IMG/VR virus record: IMGVR_UViG_2140918032_000035
Direction: 5' to 3' (one strand)
Length of the DNA stretch: 58,218 bases
Source of the DNA: an uncultured virus (IMG/VR IMGVR_UViG_2140918032_000035)
Taxonomy: Duplodnaviria; Heunggongvirae; Uroviricota; Caudoviricetes
Shown: positions 20,101 to 28,978 of the stretch, piece after piece
How positions within the stretch are numbered: the first letter of the stretch is position 1
Layout: each line of letters starts with the position of its first letter
Translations under genes and position numbers: made by a program
The notes under the pieces: model-generated
Databases searched by the model: none
Told to the model about the DNA's origin: nothing
Seen by the model: the letters and a program-made list of their open reading frames with translations, nothing else

Positions 20101-22074
20101 AAGGCATTTGACGGTCACGCTGCAGGTGAGGTCATCACAAGCAAGACTGTAACATTCGTTGCAGGCGACGCTAATGACGCTTCACAGCACTTCACAGTCA
20201 ATGCTGACGGCACGACAATCGAAGGTTATATCGAAGTTGAGTTCACAGTCGATACGACAAAGATCTTCACTACGATCGTCGCTTTCGAGAGAGTCGAGAA
20301 CCTTGACACGGGTATGGTAGTGGGCACACACGCTTCACTTACTGATACTCCTCAGACAAAGGTAGTACCTCACATCGGTACAACGATCACTGACCAGCAG
20401 ACCATGATCAACCAGGCTTCGCTCGGCGGTATCGTAACCCTTAACGACACAGTCGCATTCGAGAACCTTGTAAAAGGCGAGACCTATACTGTTGACGGTA
20501 TCCTCTACGATGTCGATACTCAGGCAGAGTATAAGGATGCAGACGGCAAGACTGTAACGAACTCCGTAACATTCGTCGCTGACGGCACTGTTACAGATAC
20601 CTTCGTTCTCAATGGTCAGGTCATCGAGCTCGTATCCGGCACAGTCGATGTAACATTCAAACTTGATGTTACTGATCTTGAAGGCAGAAGTTTCGTAGCT
20701 TACGAATATCTGTCTATGGTAGGTGACAACGGCCCTGTCCAGATTGCTTCTCACGAAGACATCAACGATGAAGGCCAGACGATCCATGTTCCGAAGATCA
20801 GAACACACGCGAATGTTCCTGACGAGACTATCCGCCTCGCACCTGCAGTTGAAGAGTACATCTTCACTGATACGGTTTCTTTCGAGAACCTTATCGTTGG
20901 TAAGGAATACACGGCAAGCGGTATCCTTATAAACGCAGAGACAGGTGAGATCCTTCTCGACGAAGACGGCAACCCTTACACGGGCGAGACAGTCTTCACA
21001 CCTACAACGCCTAACGGCACAGTTGATGTTCAGTTCACAGTCAACACTCTCTGGCTCCAGGGCACAACGGTCGTAGTATTCGAGGATCTGTATTACAACG
21101 GAATCAAGATTGCTACACACGCTGACCTCAAGGATACAGAGCAGAGCTTCGACATCCCTGAGCTCCATACAACTGCCACAACGGCTATCGGTAATGTTGT
21201 TGAGTATTCTACTCAGGCAGTCGTAACCGACCGCGTATTCTTCTCCAACCTCATCGTTGGTAAGGAGTACACAGTTACAGGTAACCTTGCTATCAAGGGC
21301 ACAGAGAACTTCGTTCTCGACGCTCAGGGCAACAAGGTAACGGCTACCCAGACCTTTACTGCTGAAGCAAGCGAAGGATATGTTGATGTAGTCTTCACAT
21401 TCGACGCTACGCTTTATCAGGGTGAGACTCTCGTAGCATTCGAGACGCTCACATACAACGGTATTGAGTACGCAACACACGCCAACATCGACGATGAGGA
21501 ACAGACAGTCTATGTTCCCGCGATCGGTACAACTGCCACAGACGCTAACGGCAATAAGACCTTCCAGGTAACTGACCAGGCAACCGTTATCGACGAGATC
21601 GCTTTCGAGAATCTCGAAGTCGGCAGAACATACCTCGCAGAAGGTCTCCTGATGGATAAGACCACAGGCGAGCCTCTCCTCGTCAACGGTGAGCAGGTAA
21701 CAGCAAGTGCGACATTCGTACCTGAAACTGCTAACGGCAAGGTAACAGTAACATTCACATTCAACGCGAGTGCTCTGGCCGGCAAGTCAGTAGTCGTATT
21801 CGAGAAGGTCTATGACATCTCCGGTACAACATCTATTGACAAGGATACAGGTCTTGTTGTCACAGACGAGACGGCTAAGATCCTCATTGCCACACACGAA
21901 GACATCAATGACGAGAACCAGACGGTTAACATCATTGAGACCAAGACCGGCGACAACTCCGGTTTCGGCACATTCGCAACTTGCGCTGCAATCGCCGCAG
22001 GCGTAGCAGGTATCGCAGGACTCGCTTATGTGGCACTCGGCAGAAAGAAAAAGAACCAGCAGGGTGAGGCGTAA
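14161..22074 (+). CDS. Giant sortase-anchored surface protein: S8 peptidase-like, NlpC/P60-CHAP-like, SpaA isopeptide and VaFE repeat domains
   Basis: Signal peptide; VAVIDSG, HGT, SAGN, STSE; GCIEYV..PGDILVF..HIAIY; YLKETKAP SpaA motifs; VAFE/VVFE..H.D..D..Q repeats; KTGD plus TM plus KKKN tail. Confidence 0.9.
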   Translation: MHKNRTFKSVCAIAVSALLVMQNLSPAVSVLADEIKDNDETNGTTIVSVAEPTVVPAESDEVVVVPADETEETVDENVDSVPADDAEPTEVSEDVDTNPPIEQTDVTEPSAETEVTEATEATEATNVEETEPTEATEATEETTVETEEPVEEVTEDLTIVDEPAEITIAQSAEEYADLVAGLSDYERVIVNTTDDLNGLVIAGGVYYDGTYIIGFANDADLNSAIGYFAAMGYEYALDGDMDLCGVGDGVILYGETNPSATVKVAVIDSGSNNANEYYSVIGDDTADYNGHGTDMCNYILNETNDAYIISIKAFGDSKASVADVTAAIELAESLDVDYILLAMSIRDNGQYEAFESLIAGTNATVVASAGNNGRDAQNYLPARVDGVVTVGAVEDDAIYLRDFSNYGTCVNYYIQADSTSEAAAKALGILIAGTEEEFLAISAIKPSVSIAYAEGSAEYLELDEVRLSANGATLEAFSTSDMQAAGYANAAEWNQGILNHRAGGHYCAGGCIEYVSWVVNRTGLTTSHGGGSTWTWNYDGVTTLMNGAGYSDPSAVGIIGIRRPSYTNGNYESIAQTDFAALYNYITTYAEPGDILVFGNYSDTSTSYKWKHIAIYNGTTTQTWHGQSIAISLSEANGNDSNSNNNRILNAEDLVNWTNSSGSADTSSNSGTKNWETVVILKAANTPPDLPLGLAKVNTASAYNTMTQGNSCYDFAGTQYTLYADQACTQVLFTYTFGSDGHTTGDIYKLPGAEIANEPTYFLKETAAGPGYIIDNTVYSVSFHADRTVTVSGGSNATVTISQSADADHPAEITLADEPMTDPFGITVRKENKVNTTTTFRMDAVTFHIQYYAGEYNVNTSLAGVIPTDDFYVTITNTSANDYISKMLRLQQFAGQDSSVTVTGDNDYLAGVYNSGVSDNEPLGTYVIQESTAPTGYEVNPTVYRVRMYDAGNGYATTQIVNVTTNTDVTGRITVTNGLSDFAWSIAESHSIGYYSLVKTISDTREQSNRAGFEFSMYWVDNGTYKLFATGTSQSDGRVYWTYQLPNYGHLEDDGETITPLTGTKTYNLEILTGETYEVREEAVYYPYGIQASGLQYIPIAPQGWSTQTTNGTIEYFYKSVTLNTSQSFADTEDNNWTESAGFSVYKTKPTGDLFDFSKVTFTAYTYVGGTRYDIATGTVDTNGNITWTRTDTSGYGIYQAGNYDNRTSVNALVSLPCGTYYVEEAWDKMYVDTLDASTQAAVEVFATNNTSGWTTNDAGTKYISTITVDCTTPNTTTTVALNNPQNDWHYQWFSANKTVTVAGDASTIEFELYYNNGTDLVLFATGYADTNGVGTYPIIWDGYQGPAEFIQNNGQKIVLPEGDYEIREIVPETYYQNGADNVPYTYMVPTGWQDHLGANGHSDYFYKTFSAANNAETVISSINPVDTRIEAELTIRKVEQSNSPSQTFTFAIYYRGNEDQPLNLGDFSDAYLLDTVTVTTTQGTGLTTLTKIPEGWYEVVEINNNGWECVWMNDSTNTANGKLVHASSENKTVSQIVIQDNLAMFGTPLSGIWATNIIRPDVTPEKHDAWTYDLLATPIEHPANVHLTFYLYADQNQNGVLDQAEIDFGYMARIDSDDDGEVTFKSITAGYYIVREVATVNGYYLTAADAPVIASDPVNYVVPMSNKPYTETVKVTKVDNETGDALSGAEFTVYLDSNDNGEFDAADQVAQMWNDANGNDIVDAGELSNAVLVETSTGIYESYELHFNDGFVDADGDGILDANHFGNRYFIVETKAPDNYFFVNADGTFSNTSRVETFTVDKKDTTAADFQVGSNEYTFRNQTGTVFAKKTNQNGEFLSGAEFTVYSDAACTQVVGVLTEDTTNETYSYKGLGLGTYYLKETKAPTDFEVDPNAYEFEVTLNQVHPVVVNFMSYKYNIDGAFVDVEIHTTANDPLIATPESSYSIIARESTATTIVDLVYFDGLIIGTNYSVTGDLVYQKAFDGHAAGEVITSKTVTFVAGDANDASQHFTVNADGTTIEGYIEVEFTVDTTKIFTTIVAFERVENLDTGMVVGTHASLTDTPQTKVVPHIGTTITDQQTMINQASLGGIVTLNDTVAFENLVKGETYTVDGILYDVDTQAEYKDADGKTVTNSVTFVADGTVTDTFVLNGQVIELVSGTVDVTFKLDVTDLEGRSFVAYEYLSMVGDNGPVQIASHEDINDEGQTIHVPKIRTHANVPDETIRLAPAVEEYIFTDTVSFENLIVGKEYTASGILINAETGEILLDEDGNPYTGETVFTPTTPNGTVDVQFTVNTLWLQGTTVVVFEDLYYNGIKIATHADLKDTEQSFDIPELHTTATTAIGNVVEYSTQAVVTDRVFFSNLIVGKEYTVTGNLAIKGTENFVLDAQGNKVTATQTFTAEASEGYVDVVFTFDATLYQGETLVAFETLTYNGIEYATHANIDDEEQTVYVPAIGTTATDANGNKTFQVTDQATVIDEIAFENLEVGRTYLAEGLLMDKTTGEPLLVNGEQVTASATFVPETANGKVTVTFTFNASALAGKSVVVFEKVYDISGTTSIDKDTGLVVTDETAKILIATHEDINDENQTVNIIETKTGDNSGFGTFATCAAIAAGVAGIAGLAYVALGRKKKNQQGEA

Positions 22075-22096
22075 TGCCTCCCTTGCCTCGGGCTTG

Positions 22097-22158
22097 TTCT
22101 TAGACTGACAGCGGGCCTCGGAGGTAACACTTCGGGGCCTGTTACTGAGTTTAAGAAC
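22097..22158 (+). terminator. Long intergenic stem-loop between adhesin and sortase
   Basis: GTTCTTAGAC..GGCCTCGGAG-GTAACA-CTTCGGGGCC..GTTTAAGAAC. Confidence 0.55.
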
Positions 22159-22241
22159 TCTAAATCATTCAGACAGAACACGAGCGGGGCAGTTGCCATT
22201 TTCCTTATCTGCTTCGCAGCTTGTTAGAAAGAGGGACCTTT

Positions 22242-23081
22242 GTGAACAGATTGGCACGCGTTAGAGCAAAGAACCTGGGTAAGAAAATGCTGTTAGCCGT
22301 TTGCTTCCTTGCGATCGGCGTTGCCGGTTATTTCCTTGCCCGTATGATCCTGATTGAATACACACAGCAGGAAGCAGAGAACCACTATAAGACTCTGGTT
22401 GAGGAAGTTCAGGTGGGAGAAGAAGATACCGTCGAAGAAAGACTTGAGGAGGTGCAGCCCGCTGCTCCTTTGGAAGTTCTCCCGGAGTATGCCGACCTGC
22501 TTGCAGAGTATCCCAATTTCGCAGGTTGGATAAGTATTCCGGATACGGATTTCAGTTATCCTGTTATGATCGCTCCTGAAGATGATGCGAACTACTATCT
22601 GTTCCACGCTTATGATGGTACCCGCACGGACCTCGGTTGTCCTTTCATTCCGTATTACAGCGATTACAATGCTGATAACATTCTGATATACGGTCATCAC
22701 ATTCGCAATCATCGTATGTTCGGATTCCTGTCTTATTACCAGGACGAGGACTTCTATAATGACCATCGTTTCATCTTCTATGACACACCGTACCAGCATC
22801 GCATCTATTATGTGGTCTCGGTCATGATAATCTCAGTCGAGGATCCCCGATTCCATTTCCAGAGCTTCTCTAATTGGGGTTCTTTAGGTCAGTCGCATTT
22901 CTATAACCAGGAATGCTTCAACCGCAATCTCTTTGATTCTGACACATTGCCTGACGACGGTGCGAAATTGCTCACCTTGATAACTTGTGAGTATTCCATA
23001 CCGAATGGTAAGGGAAGATTGGTCATCGTTGCCCAGGATGTCACGGCTTATGACGATAATACGAATGCCACTTCTGGTTGA
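22242..23081 (+). CDS. srtB: Class B sortase
   Basis: N-terminal TM; GWISIPDT..YPV, NILIYGHH, MFG.L, LTLITC..GR catalytic motifs. Confidence 0.9.
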   Translation: MNRLARVRAKNLGKKMLLAVCFLAIGVAGYFLARMILIEYTQQEAENHYKTLVEEVQVGEEDTVEERLEEVQPAAPLEVLPEYADLLAEYPNFAGWISIPDTDFSYPVMIAPEDDANYYLFHAYDGTRTDLGCPFIPYYSDYNADNILIYGHHIRNHRMFGFLSYYQDEDFYNDHRFIFYDTPYQHRIYYVVSVMIISVEDPRFHFQSFSNWGSLGQSHFYNQECFNRNLFDSDTLPDDGAKLLTLITCEYSIPNGKGRLVIVAQDVTAYDDNTNATSG

Positions 23082-23111
23082 TGCCCTGATATGCAGAGCA
23101 GATAAGGAGAA

Positions 23112-23261
23112 ATGCCAATGATAGAAACTGTTTTGTCCGTCGGTGTCGGCGTAGTAGCTCTCGTGTTGTGGATCCGTTACGGCGGCCGGCTTTTTGATGA
23201 AAAACCGCAGCGTTTCATCTTTGACGATGTCGCAGAAAAGTCCAAATACAAGGATCTTTGA
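23112..23261 (+). CDS. 49-aa single-TM small protein
   Basis: AAGGAG RBS; MPMIETVLSVGVGVVALVLWIRYGG. Confidence 0.55.
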   Translation: MPMIETVLSVGVGVVALVLWIRYGGRLFDEKPQRFIFDDVAEKSKYKDL

Positions 23262-23289
23262 TAAGTTTCTACTTTTGTATAGAAATATA

Positions 23290-23318
23290 TTGAAAAAAGT
23301 CGAAAAGTAGGTTATATT
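23290..23318 (+). promoter_or_regulatory. Sigma-A-type promoter
   Basis: TTGAAA-N17-TATATT; shares TTGAAAAAAGTCG with the 47899 promoter. Confidence 0.7.
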
Positions 23319-23370
23319 ATATATAGGAAAAGTAGAATAACTTAGCGATTCCGGAAGGGAGATCAATACT

Positions 23371-24151
23371 ATGAAACGCAAGAAAATGACTATCGTACTT
23401 ATGGCTATAATGGTTATGGTCGCTATGACGGCTTGTTCCGTTGCCAAATGCAATGCCAAACCTGAAGCCAAACCTGAAACAGAGACTTCTGTTACAGTTG
23501 TAAGCGGCGTTGACACAACGACAAACGCTACAACTACTGCCAAACCTACGGTTACAGGAACTCCTACAACCAACGGTACAACGACCGGCACTACTACCGG
23601 TACAACCACAACGAACGGTACTACTGTTGCGACAAACGGTACTACAACAGGTACAACTGCCGAGGGTACAACGACTGTTGCTACTACGACAGAGGGTACT
23701 ACGAAACCTACTGAGGCTACGACTACCACTACAAACGGTACGACTGCCACAACAACTACTACTACGACAACAACAACCACAACGGTTGCAGAAACAACAC
23801 CTGCACCTGTTGAGACAACACCTACACCTACTGAGCCTGAGCCTACGGCTACGACACCCGCAGAGACAACTCCCNNNNNNNNNNNNNNNNNNNNNNNNNN
23901 NNNNNNNNCCTACTGAGCCCGAGCCTGCAACACCTAATCTCCACGCTACCGCCGATGTTAGTGTTTATACTTACAACGCAGATGGCGACATGGAGTTCAC
24001 GGTTTACGGTGTTACAGTTTACAGAAACTCCGAGGATCTTCCTTGGAAAGTAGCTGATCCCGATGCTCTTGAGGCCGAGATCGAGGCCAAATGCCCTGAC
24101 TTCGGTTCTTACAGCACTACGATCACCAATGTCAGAAATGTAAGACCTTAA
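23371..24151 (+). CDS. Thr/Pro-rich mucin-like lipoprotein (interrupted by N-gap)
   Basis: Lipobox MTAC; poly-Thr and PTEPEP repeats on both sides of the gap. Confidence 0.75.
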
Positions 24152-24185
24152 TGGGACTTGCTCTACACATAATTACGAATACTAT

Positions 24186-24225
24186 GTTAAAGTCGGCAGT
24201 TCGTCGCTGTCGGCTTTAACTTTTT
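24186..24225 (+). terminator. Intrinsic terminator
   Basis: GTTAAAGTCGGCAG/CTGTCGGCTTTAAC plus TTTTT. Confidence 0.8.
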
Positions 24226-24257
24226 GAATAAGATACTTTGATCGGAGGATCTTTGTT

Positions 24258-24578
24258 ATGAGAAGCAGTTTAATGAGAATCTTGGGGCTAACATTATTCC
24301 TTATGGTCGCTTCCGGGTTTGTGTTAGCAGGAACAATTTGCAGTTTTCCGACGGTATCGGCTGATTACGGCAAAACTGAGCCCGGACAGATCGACACAAA
24401 GATTTGTAATACTTTGATCGTCGCTGACAGCCATTATACTTCCGACGGTAACCCGGGCCGGGATGAACATTACACCGATTCCGGTAGCGGCATTATGCCT
24501 GACGCAGAGCATTATGTTGCTGCTCCCGACGGTTACATTGCCGGCAAGGGTGATTTCAGACGCGTTCACGCTTTCTAA
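24258..24578 (+). CDS. Small secreted hypothetical protein
   Basis: GGAGG RBS; N-terminal hydrophobic segment. Confidence 0.6.
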   Translation: MRSSLMRILGLTLFLMVASGFVLAGTICSFPTVSADYGKTEPGQIDTKICNTLIVADSHYTSDGNPGRDEHYTDSGSGIMPDAEHYVAAPDGYIAGKGDFRRVHAF

Positions 24579-24635
24579 TTGTCGGATAGGGCATAGATAA
24601 GAGTTGTCGATGCTTTTTTTCGGCGATGTTATACT
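24579..24635 (+). promoter_or_regulatory. Box-50 promoter 4
   Basis: TGTCGGATAGGGCAT at 24580; TATACT at 24630. Confidence 0.75.
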
Positions 24636-24682
24636 TACTTTAGATACTGATTTTACTCAAGACATATAAGGAGGCTGTTATT

Positions 24683-25210
24683 ATGCTGAGTGAAGAAAGA
24701 CGCGAAGAAATATGGGAACAGGTTGCTGATGAACTCTATAACAAAAACTTCGAGTTCAGTGATCTTGAAATGGAATGCGAGGCAGAGCAGGAAGATCCCA
24801 GATGGGGTATGCCTATGTATATGTCCGGCGGATATACCAACAAGGTCACTGTCAAGTATACTTTCGATCCGGAAGAGCTTGCCGAGCACTTCGACGGCGG
24901 AGACCTGGAGAATCGTATCACTGACTTCTTCAAGTATTGTGCCAAGAAGAACCCTGAAGTCTATGCTGAACAGTACGGCATCACTTTAGATCCGGATAAG
25001 GAATATACCAGCATCGACGCTCTTGCTTCTGCAGAAGTCCTGGCAGACGAAGAGCAGTATGCGGATTATCTCCGCACTGTCATTTCCGACGCTGCGGAAC
25101 ATTGGTACGAGAACGAGGCTGAGACCGAGCTTGAGGACACAGCTATCGAGAAAGGAGAGGTAGTCCACGACGAACCTGACTACGAGGATTACCGAGGAAT
25201 GGATGACTAA
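24683..25210 (+). CDS. Very acidic hypothetical protein
   Basis: AAGGAGG RBS; Asp/Glu-rich. Confidence 0.75.
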   Translation: MLSEERREEIWEQVADELYNKNFEFSDLEMECEAEQEDPRWGMPMYMSGGYTNKVTVKYTFDPEELAEHFDGGDLENRITDFFKYCAKKNPEVYAEQYGITLDPDKEYTSIDALASAEVLADEEQYADYLRTVISDAAEHWYENEAETELEDTAIEKGEVVHDEPDYEDYRGMDD

Positions 25211-25547
25211 TGCAGCAGGATTCATTACGCGTGATCAATATGAAGAACTGCACGAGTTAGAGTTACATTGGATACCTTTTCAGAGAGACGGTTGGATTTA
25301 CGACCGTATCAATGATACCCGCTATAACTTCACAAGAAACCGCCCCGGTCATAAGACACTCAAGTTCTATGCTGTAATGGACTTTGAGAACGGGCGTTTT
25401 CATTGCGTCAGTGATTCTGACCGCATTCCCGTATGTTCGCGTACACCGGGCAAGCAGGCGTTTGTTACTCCTAAACAGATCGCTGCTCCCGTCTTTGAAA
25501 TAGAACGGTTTAAGTACCTTTTGAGAAAGGAGAAGTCTGACTTATGA
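25203..25547 (+). CDS. Hypothetical protein
   Basis: Overlapping operon arrangement. Confidence 0.6.
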   Translation: MTNAAGFITRDQYEELHELELHWIPFQRDGWIYDRINDTRYNFTRNRPGHKTLKFYAVMDFENGRFHCVSDSDRIPVCSRTPGKQAFVTPKQIAAPVFEIERFKYLLRKEKSDL

Positions 25548-26713
25548 GACAAGGTAAAGAGATAGGTGCTTTGCAAGTGGACGAGTACGGTCCGATCCCC
25601 CGTGAAGAAGCATACCGCCTGATCAATGGCGTGTCCAGAGGTTTTTTGAAGGACTTTAATCCTACGCAGACACCTCTTTCCAAGCTGCCGGTCATTGATG
25701 TTGTCAAGGCTACTGACCACTTTGACGAGATCATTTACAGCAAAGAGTTCCAGACCTGGCTGGATAACAGAAAGTGGGAAAGTCTGCTTCCGCCGTTTTC
25801 TGCCTGTTGGCTTCAGCTCAAGGTAGGTGTGGTAGGCTTGGTCAGAGCTACTAAGGACTCTATCCAGGTAGCTACCATTGTCCCGGTGCTCTCTGCTGCC
25901 GAGGTTAAGGCCGACAAGGATCCCGTTGCGTTCTCATATCCTTTGAATGTTAACGGCATCCTTCATATCAACCGCATCCAGGATAATGAATACCTCGGGG
26001 CAACCAAGAACGAGAACGGAGTCTGGGTAGATGAGGACGGTAGCCCTATCGTCGGAGCGTTCAGGACTGCTGTGTCCGAGGGTTATGCGGATTATTTCCT
26101 CGATCTTGAGGATCCCCGTAAGTTTATGAGAGACCTTGGCATTCCGTCTTCGCACTTCCCCATATATGAAGGCTTTTTCAAGAGTGTAGCCAACGATCCC
26201 GATAAGGTCGGAGGCGTTGCCGAAGAAGGCTGGGAAAGTATCAGAGGCTATATCGTTCGCTCTCTGGCGGTTACCAACTATCTCTTGTCCCGCAGAGCCA
26301 TCGAGAAAAGCGAGGACAAGGTCAGACTTATCCCTGAAACTGTGCGTTCCTTTGAAGATGACCGTCAGTACCAGAAGAAGATAATAAAAAATATGAAGTC
26401 CTTTACTTTCGACCACATCACCATTCTTTCGACTGACATGCCCAAGCGTGTTACCGAGAAGAATGTTGACACTATGTATGCCCGTGAACCTTATCAGATC
26501 CACACACCTGCCTGGCTCGTCGCAGGCCACACCAGAGCTCCTGCAAGAGCACACGAACGCCACATGAAAGACGGCCGCGTTATCCAGGTGAGAGAAGGTT
26601 CGCATTCCGTCAAGATCGACGCACATGTCAATCAGCACAAGGGCATAGATACGCCGAAGCCCAAGGTCGAGGACTTCCGTGAGATCATCCAGGTCAGAGG
26701 AGGCAATAAGTAA
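25544..26713 (+). CDS. Hypothetical phage-like protein with C-terminal W.V.GH.R motif
   Basis: WLVAGHTR..DG..I.V..H.KG segment. Confidence 0.7.
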   Translation: MRQGKEIGALQVDEYGPIPREEAYRLINGVSRGFLKDFNPTQTPLSKLPVIDVVKATDHFDEIIYSKEFQTWLDNRKWESLLPPFSACWLQLKVGVVGLVRATKDSIQVATIVPVLSAAEVKADKDPVAFSYPLNVNGILHINRIQDNEYLGATKNENGVWVDEDGSPIVGAFRTAVSEGYADYFLDLEDPRKFMRDLGIPSSHFPIYEGFFKSVANDPDKVGGVAEEGWESIRGYIVRSLAVTNYLLSRRAIEKSEDKVRLIPETVRSFEDDRQYQKKIIKNMKSFTFDHITILSTDMPKRVTEKNVDTMYAREPYQIHTPAWLVAGHTRAPARAHERHMKDGRVIQVREGSHSVKIDAHVNQHKGIDTPKPKVEDFREIIQVRGGNK

Positions 26714-27303
26714 TGGAAATAGCAGAACACACTCCGCCCTTTTATTCTCCGGTCAAGGAGATAATCTTCCCGAAGACGACTTATCCCGAGATCGGGTGTA
26801 AAGTAAGTGACGATGTCCAGGCCGCTGAATACCAGCTGTGCAGCTGGGAGCCGAACCCGTCCGTGGTACCTGCAGATAAGTTCCCGGATTGGTATGAGCG
26901 TCTGAGTACCGTATTCTACGGCGATGCCGCCTACCTTGCCGAGATCCTTCCCAGGCATCTGAAAATGGGGGAAGTCCTGGAGAAGCTCGACCGTCCTTAC
27001 GGTTGGCTGTACGGCGACCATTTCCTCGACATGTACCCTGACGCTTTGAAGAATATCGCTACTCTGATCAGACTTCCGGGCGATCATAAGACCGCAGGTG
27101 TCTGTACCAAGTTCATCGACATCGCTGTCAGTACGGCAGGAAGGCACAACTATACTCTGTTCCTGAAGAATGCTTTAAGGCAGGCCACTCAGGAGGAGAT
27201 AGACCGTACCGTGAAGATCCAGACTTTGCTCGAAAATGACGGTGTCCTTGACTTGTCTTATCTGGATGAAGCTATCGAGCCCATTATGCAATATAAGTTA
27301 TAA
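26713..27303 (+). CDS. Hypothetical protein
   Basis: TAATG overlap; GGAGG RBS. Confidence 0.7.
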   Translation: MEIAEHTPPFYSPVKEIIFPKTTYPEIGCKVSDDVQAAEYQLCSWEPNPSVVPADKFPDWYERLSTVFYGDAAYLAEILPRHLKMGEVLEKLDRPYGWLYGDHFLDMYPDALKNIATLIRLPGDHKTAGVCTKFIDIAVSTAGRHNYTLFLKNALRQATQEEIDRTVKIQTLLENDGVLDLSYLDEAIEPIMQYKL

Positions 27304-27321
27304 TCAGAAAGGTTTGTTTTT

Positions 27322-27942
27322 ATGAAGATCCGCTTGTTTCAGACTTATGTAACTACTGTCATTTTGTGTTTGCTCTCGTGTATGGTCGTAGGCTTTACCA
27401 CTACGGACTCCGCGCCTGCAACCGCCAAGCAGCCGCCCGTTAAGGCTGAGAAGGTCCTGATAACCCCTTCTCCTACCTTAACTCCGACACCTACCTCTAC
27501 GCCCACACCTACTGCGACTCCCACACCCTCGCCTACTCCTGTTATGGACTGCGTGTTTGAAGAGATCGCCACTCCGGAAGGTCTGTACTATGAAGCGTTG
27601 GAGGCAGGGGAGATAACAGGTCCGCAGAGTAAGCATCTCAATACTTATAACGGCGTGTTTCAGGGGCCTTCAGGCAGAGAGACTTTCTACAATCTGAATA
27701 TGTCACTCGTTATCAAGTATATGCGTGACCTCGGTTATTCAGAAGAAGAATATCCGTATTGGGTTCGCGAGGACGGGTGCAAGATGCTCGGCAACTATAT
27801 TATGGTGGCTGCCAACTTCTCGATCCGCCCCAAGGGTACCATTCTGGAGACTTCTCTGGGTACCGCTATCGTGTGTGATACGGGTTCATTCGTCTCTGAT
27901 TACCCTGAAGGTATAGATGTTGCTGTTGATTGGGTAATATAA
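27322..27942 (+). CDS. Secreted PT-linker protein with 3D-like cell-wall domain
   Basis: Signal peptide, PT repeats, IMVAAN..PKGTILETSLG.AIVCDTG..IDVAVDW. Confidence 0.6.
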   Translation: MKIRLFQTYVTTVILCLLSCMVVGFTTTDSAPATAKQPPVKAEKVLITPSPTLTPTPTSTPTPTATPTPSPTPVMDCVFEEIATPEGLYYEALEAGEITGPQSKHLNTYNGVFQGPSGRETFYNLNMSLVIKYMRDLGYSEEEYPYWVREDGCKMLGNYIMVAANFSIRPKGTILETSLGTAIVCDTGSFVSDYPEGIDVAVDWVI

Positions 27943-28015
27943 TTTGTAAGGAGGCTTATATGTTTTATAAACTCAAAAACATCTTTGATATATTTGCGGA
28001 GGTCTGTCGTTTGTT

Positions 28016-28858
28016 ATGTACGGGGCATTGATCGGAGACATTATCGGCAGCCGATTCGAGTTTTGCAATCTACGCTTCTCGCAGTTTGGCGAAGACAACA
28101 TCAATTTCGAGCTATTTGAGGAACGCTGCAACTTTACCGACGACTCGGTCATGACGATCGCAGTCGCCGATGCTCTTTTAACACCTTTGGCTTTGGTCTC
28201 GGAACGCAGGTTCAAGTCCGTTCTGGTCAATAAGATGCACAGTTGGGCTCTCAAATACCCGGGTGTCGGTTATGGTGACCGATTCGGTGCGTGGGTGCTT
28301 ACGAAAGATAAGAAAGTTCGCAAACAGCCATACGGCTCCTGGGGGAATGGTTCTGCGATGAGAGTGTCCCCGGTGGGACTTCTTTTCGATACCGCCGAAG
28401 AGACCTGCAGAGTTGCCCGCTGGACGGCAGAAGTGTCTCACAGTCACCCTGAGGGCGTGAAAGGAGCAGAGGCTACTGCTCTGGCCGTGTACCTGGCAAG
28501 GACCGGCGTAAGTAAAGAGGACATCCGCAGGACTATCCAGGACAAGTTCGACTATGATCTGTCACGCACTGTCTTGGACATCGGTAAGAACTACCGCTAC
28601 TATGTGGACTGTGCCCGTTCCGTGCCTGAAGCTCTTATCTGCGTCTTGGCAGCTGAGAGTTACGAGGAAGCAATCCGTAACATTGTCTGGATCGGCGGGG
28701 ATACGGATACCCTTGCCGCGATCGGAGGCGGTGTCGCTGAACTGCTGTATGGCATACCGGATGACATTTTGGAGAAAGGAATGTCATATTTTGACTTTTC
28801 TGAACAGAAGATAATGGATAAACTATATAAGAAAGGATTGTGGCCATGCCAGAATTAG
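28016..28858 (+). CDS. ADP-ribosylglycohydrolase
   Basis: GAL.GDIIGS, FTDDS, GNGSAMRVSP, GGDTDT.AAI.G motifs. Confidence 0.9.
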   Translation: MYGALIGDIIGSRFEFCNLRFSQFGEDNINFELFEERCNFTDDSVMTIAVADALLTPLALVSERRFKSVLVNKMHSWALKYPGVGYGDRFGAWVLTKDKKVRKQPYGSWGNGSAMRVSPVGLLFDTAEETCRVARWTAEVSHSHPEGVKGAEATALAVYLARTGVSKEDIRRTIQDKFDYDLSRTVLDIGKNYRYYVDCARSVPEALICVLAAESYEEAIRNIVWIGGDTDTLAAIGGGVAELLYGIPDDILEKGMSYFDFSEQKIMDKLYKKGLWPCQN

Positions 28859-28978
28859 CATTGCTTATCGGCGGCTTTGTTGCCGCGGGNNNNNNNNNNN
28901 NNNNNNNNNNNNNNNNNNNNNNNNNNNNNNNNNNNNNNNNNNNNNNNNNTGGAATGCGTGCCGCTGACGGGAGGCATT

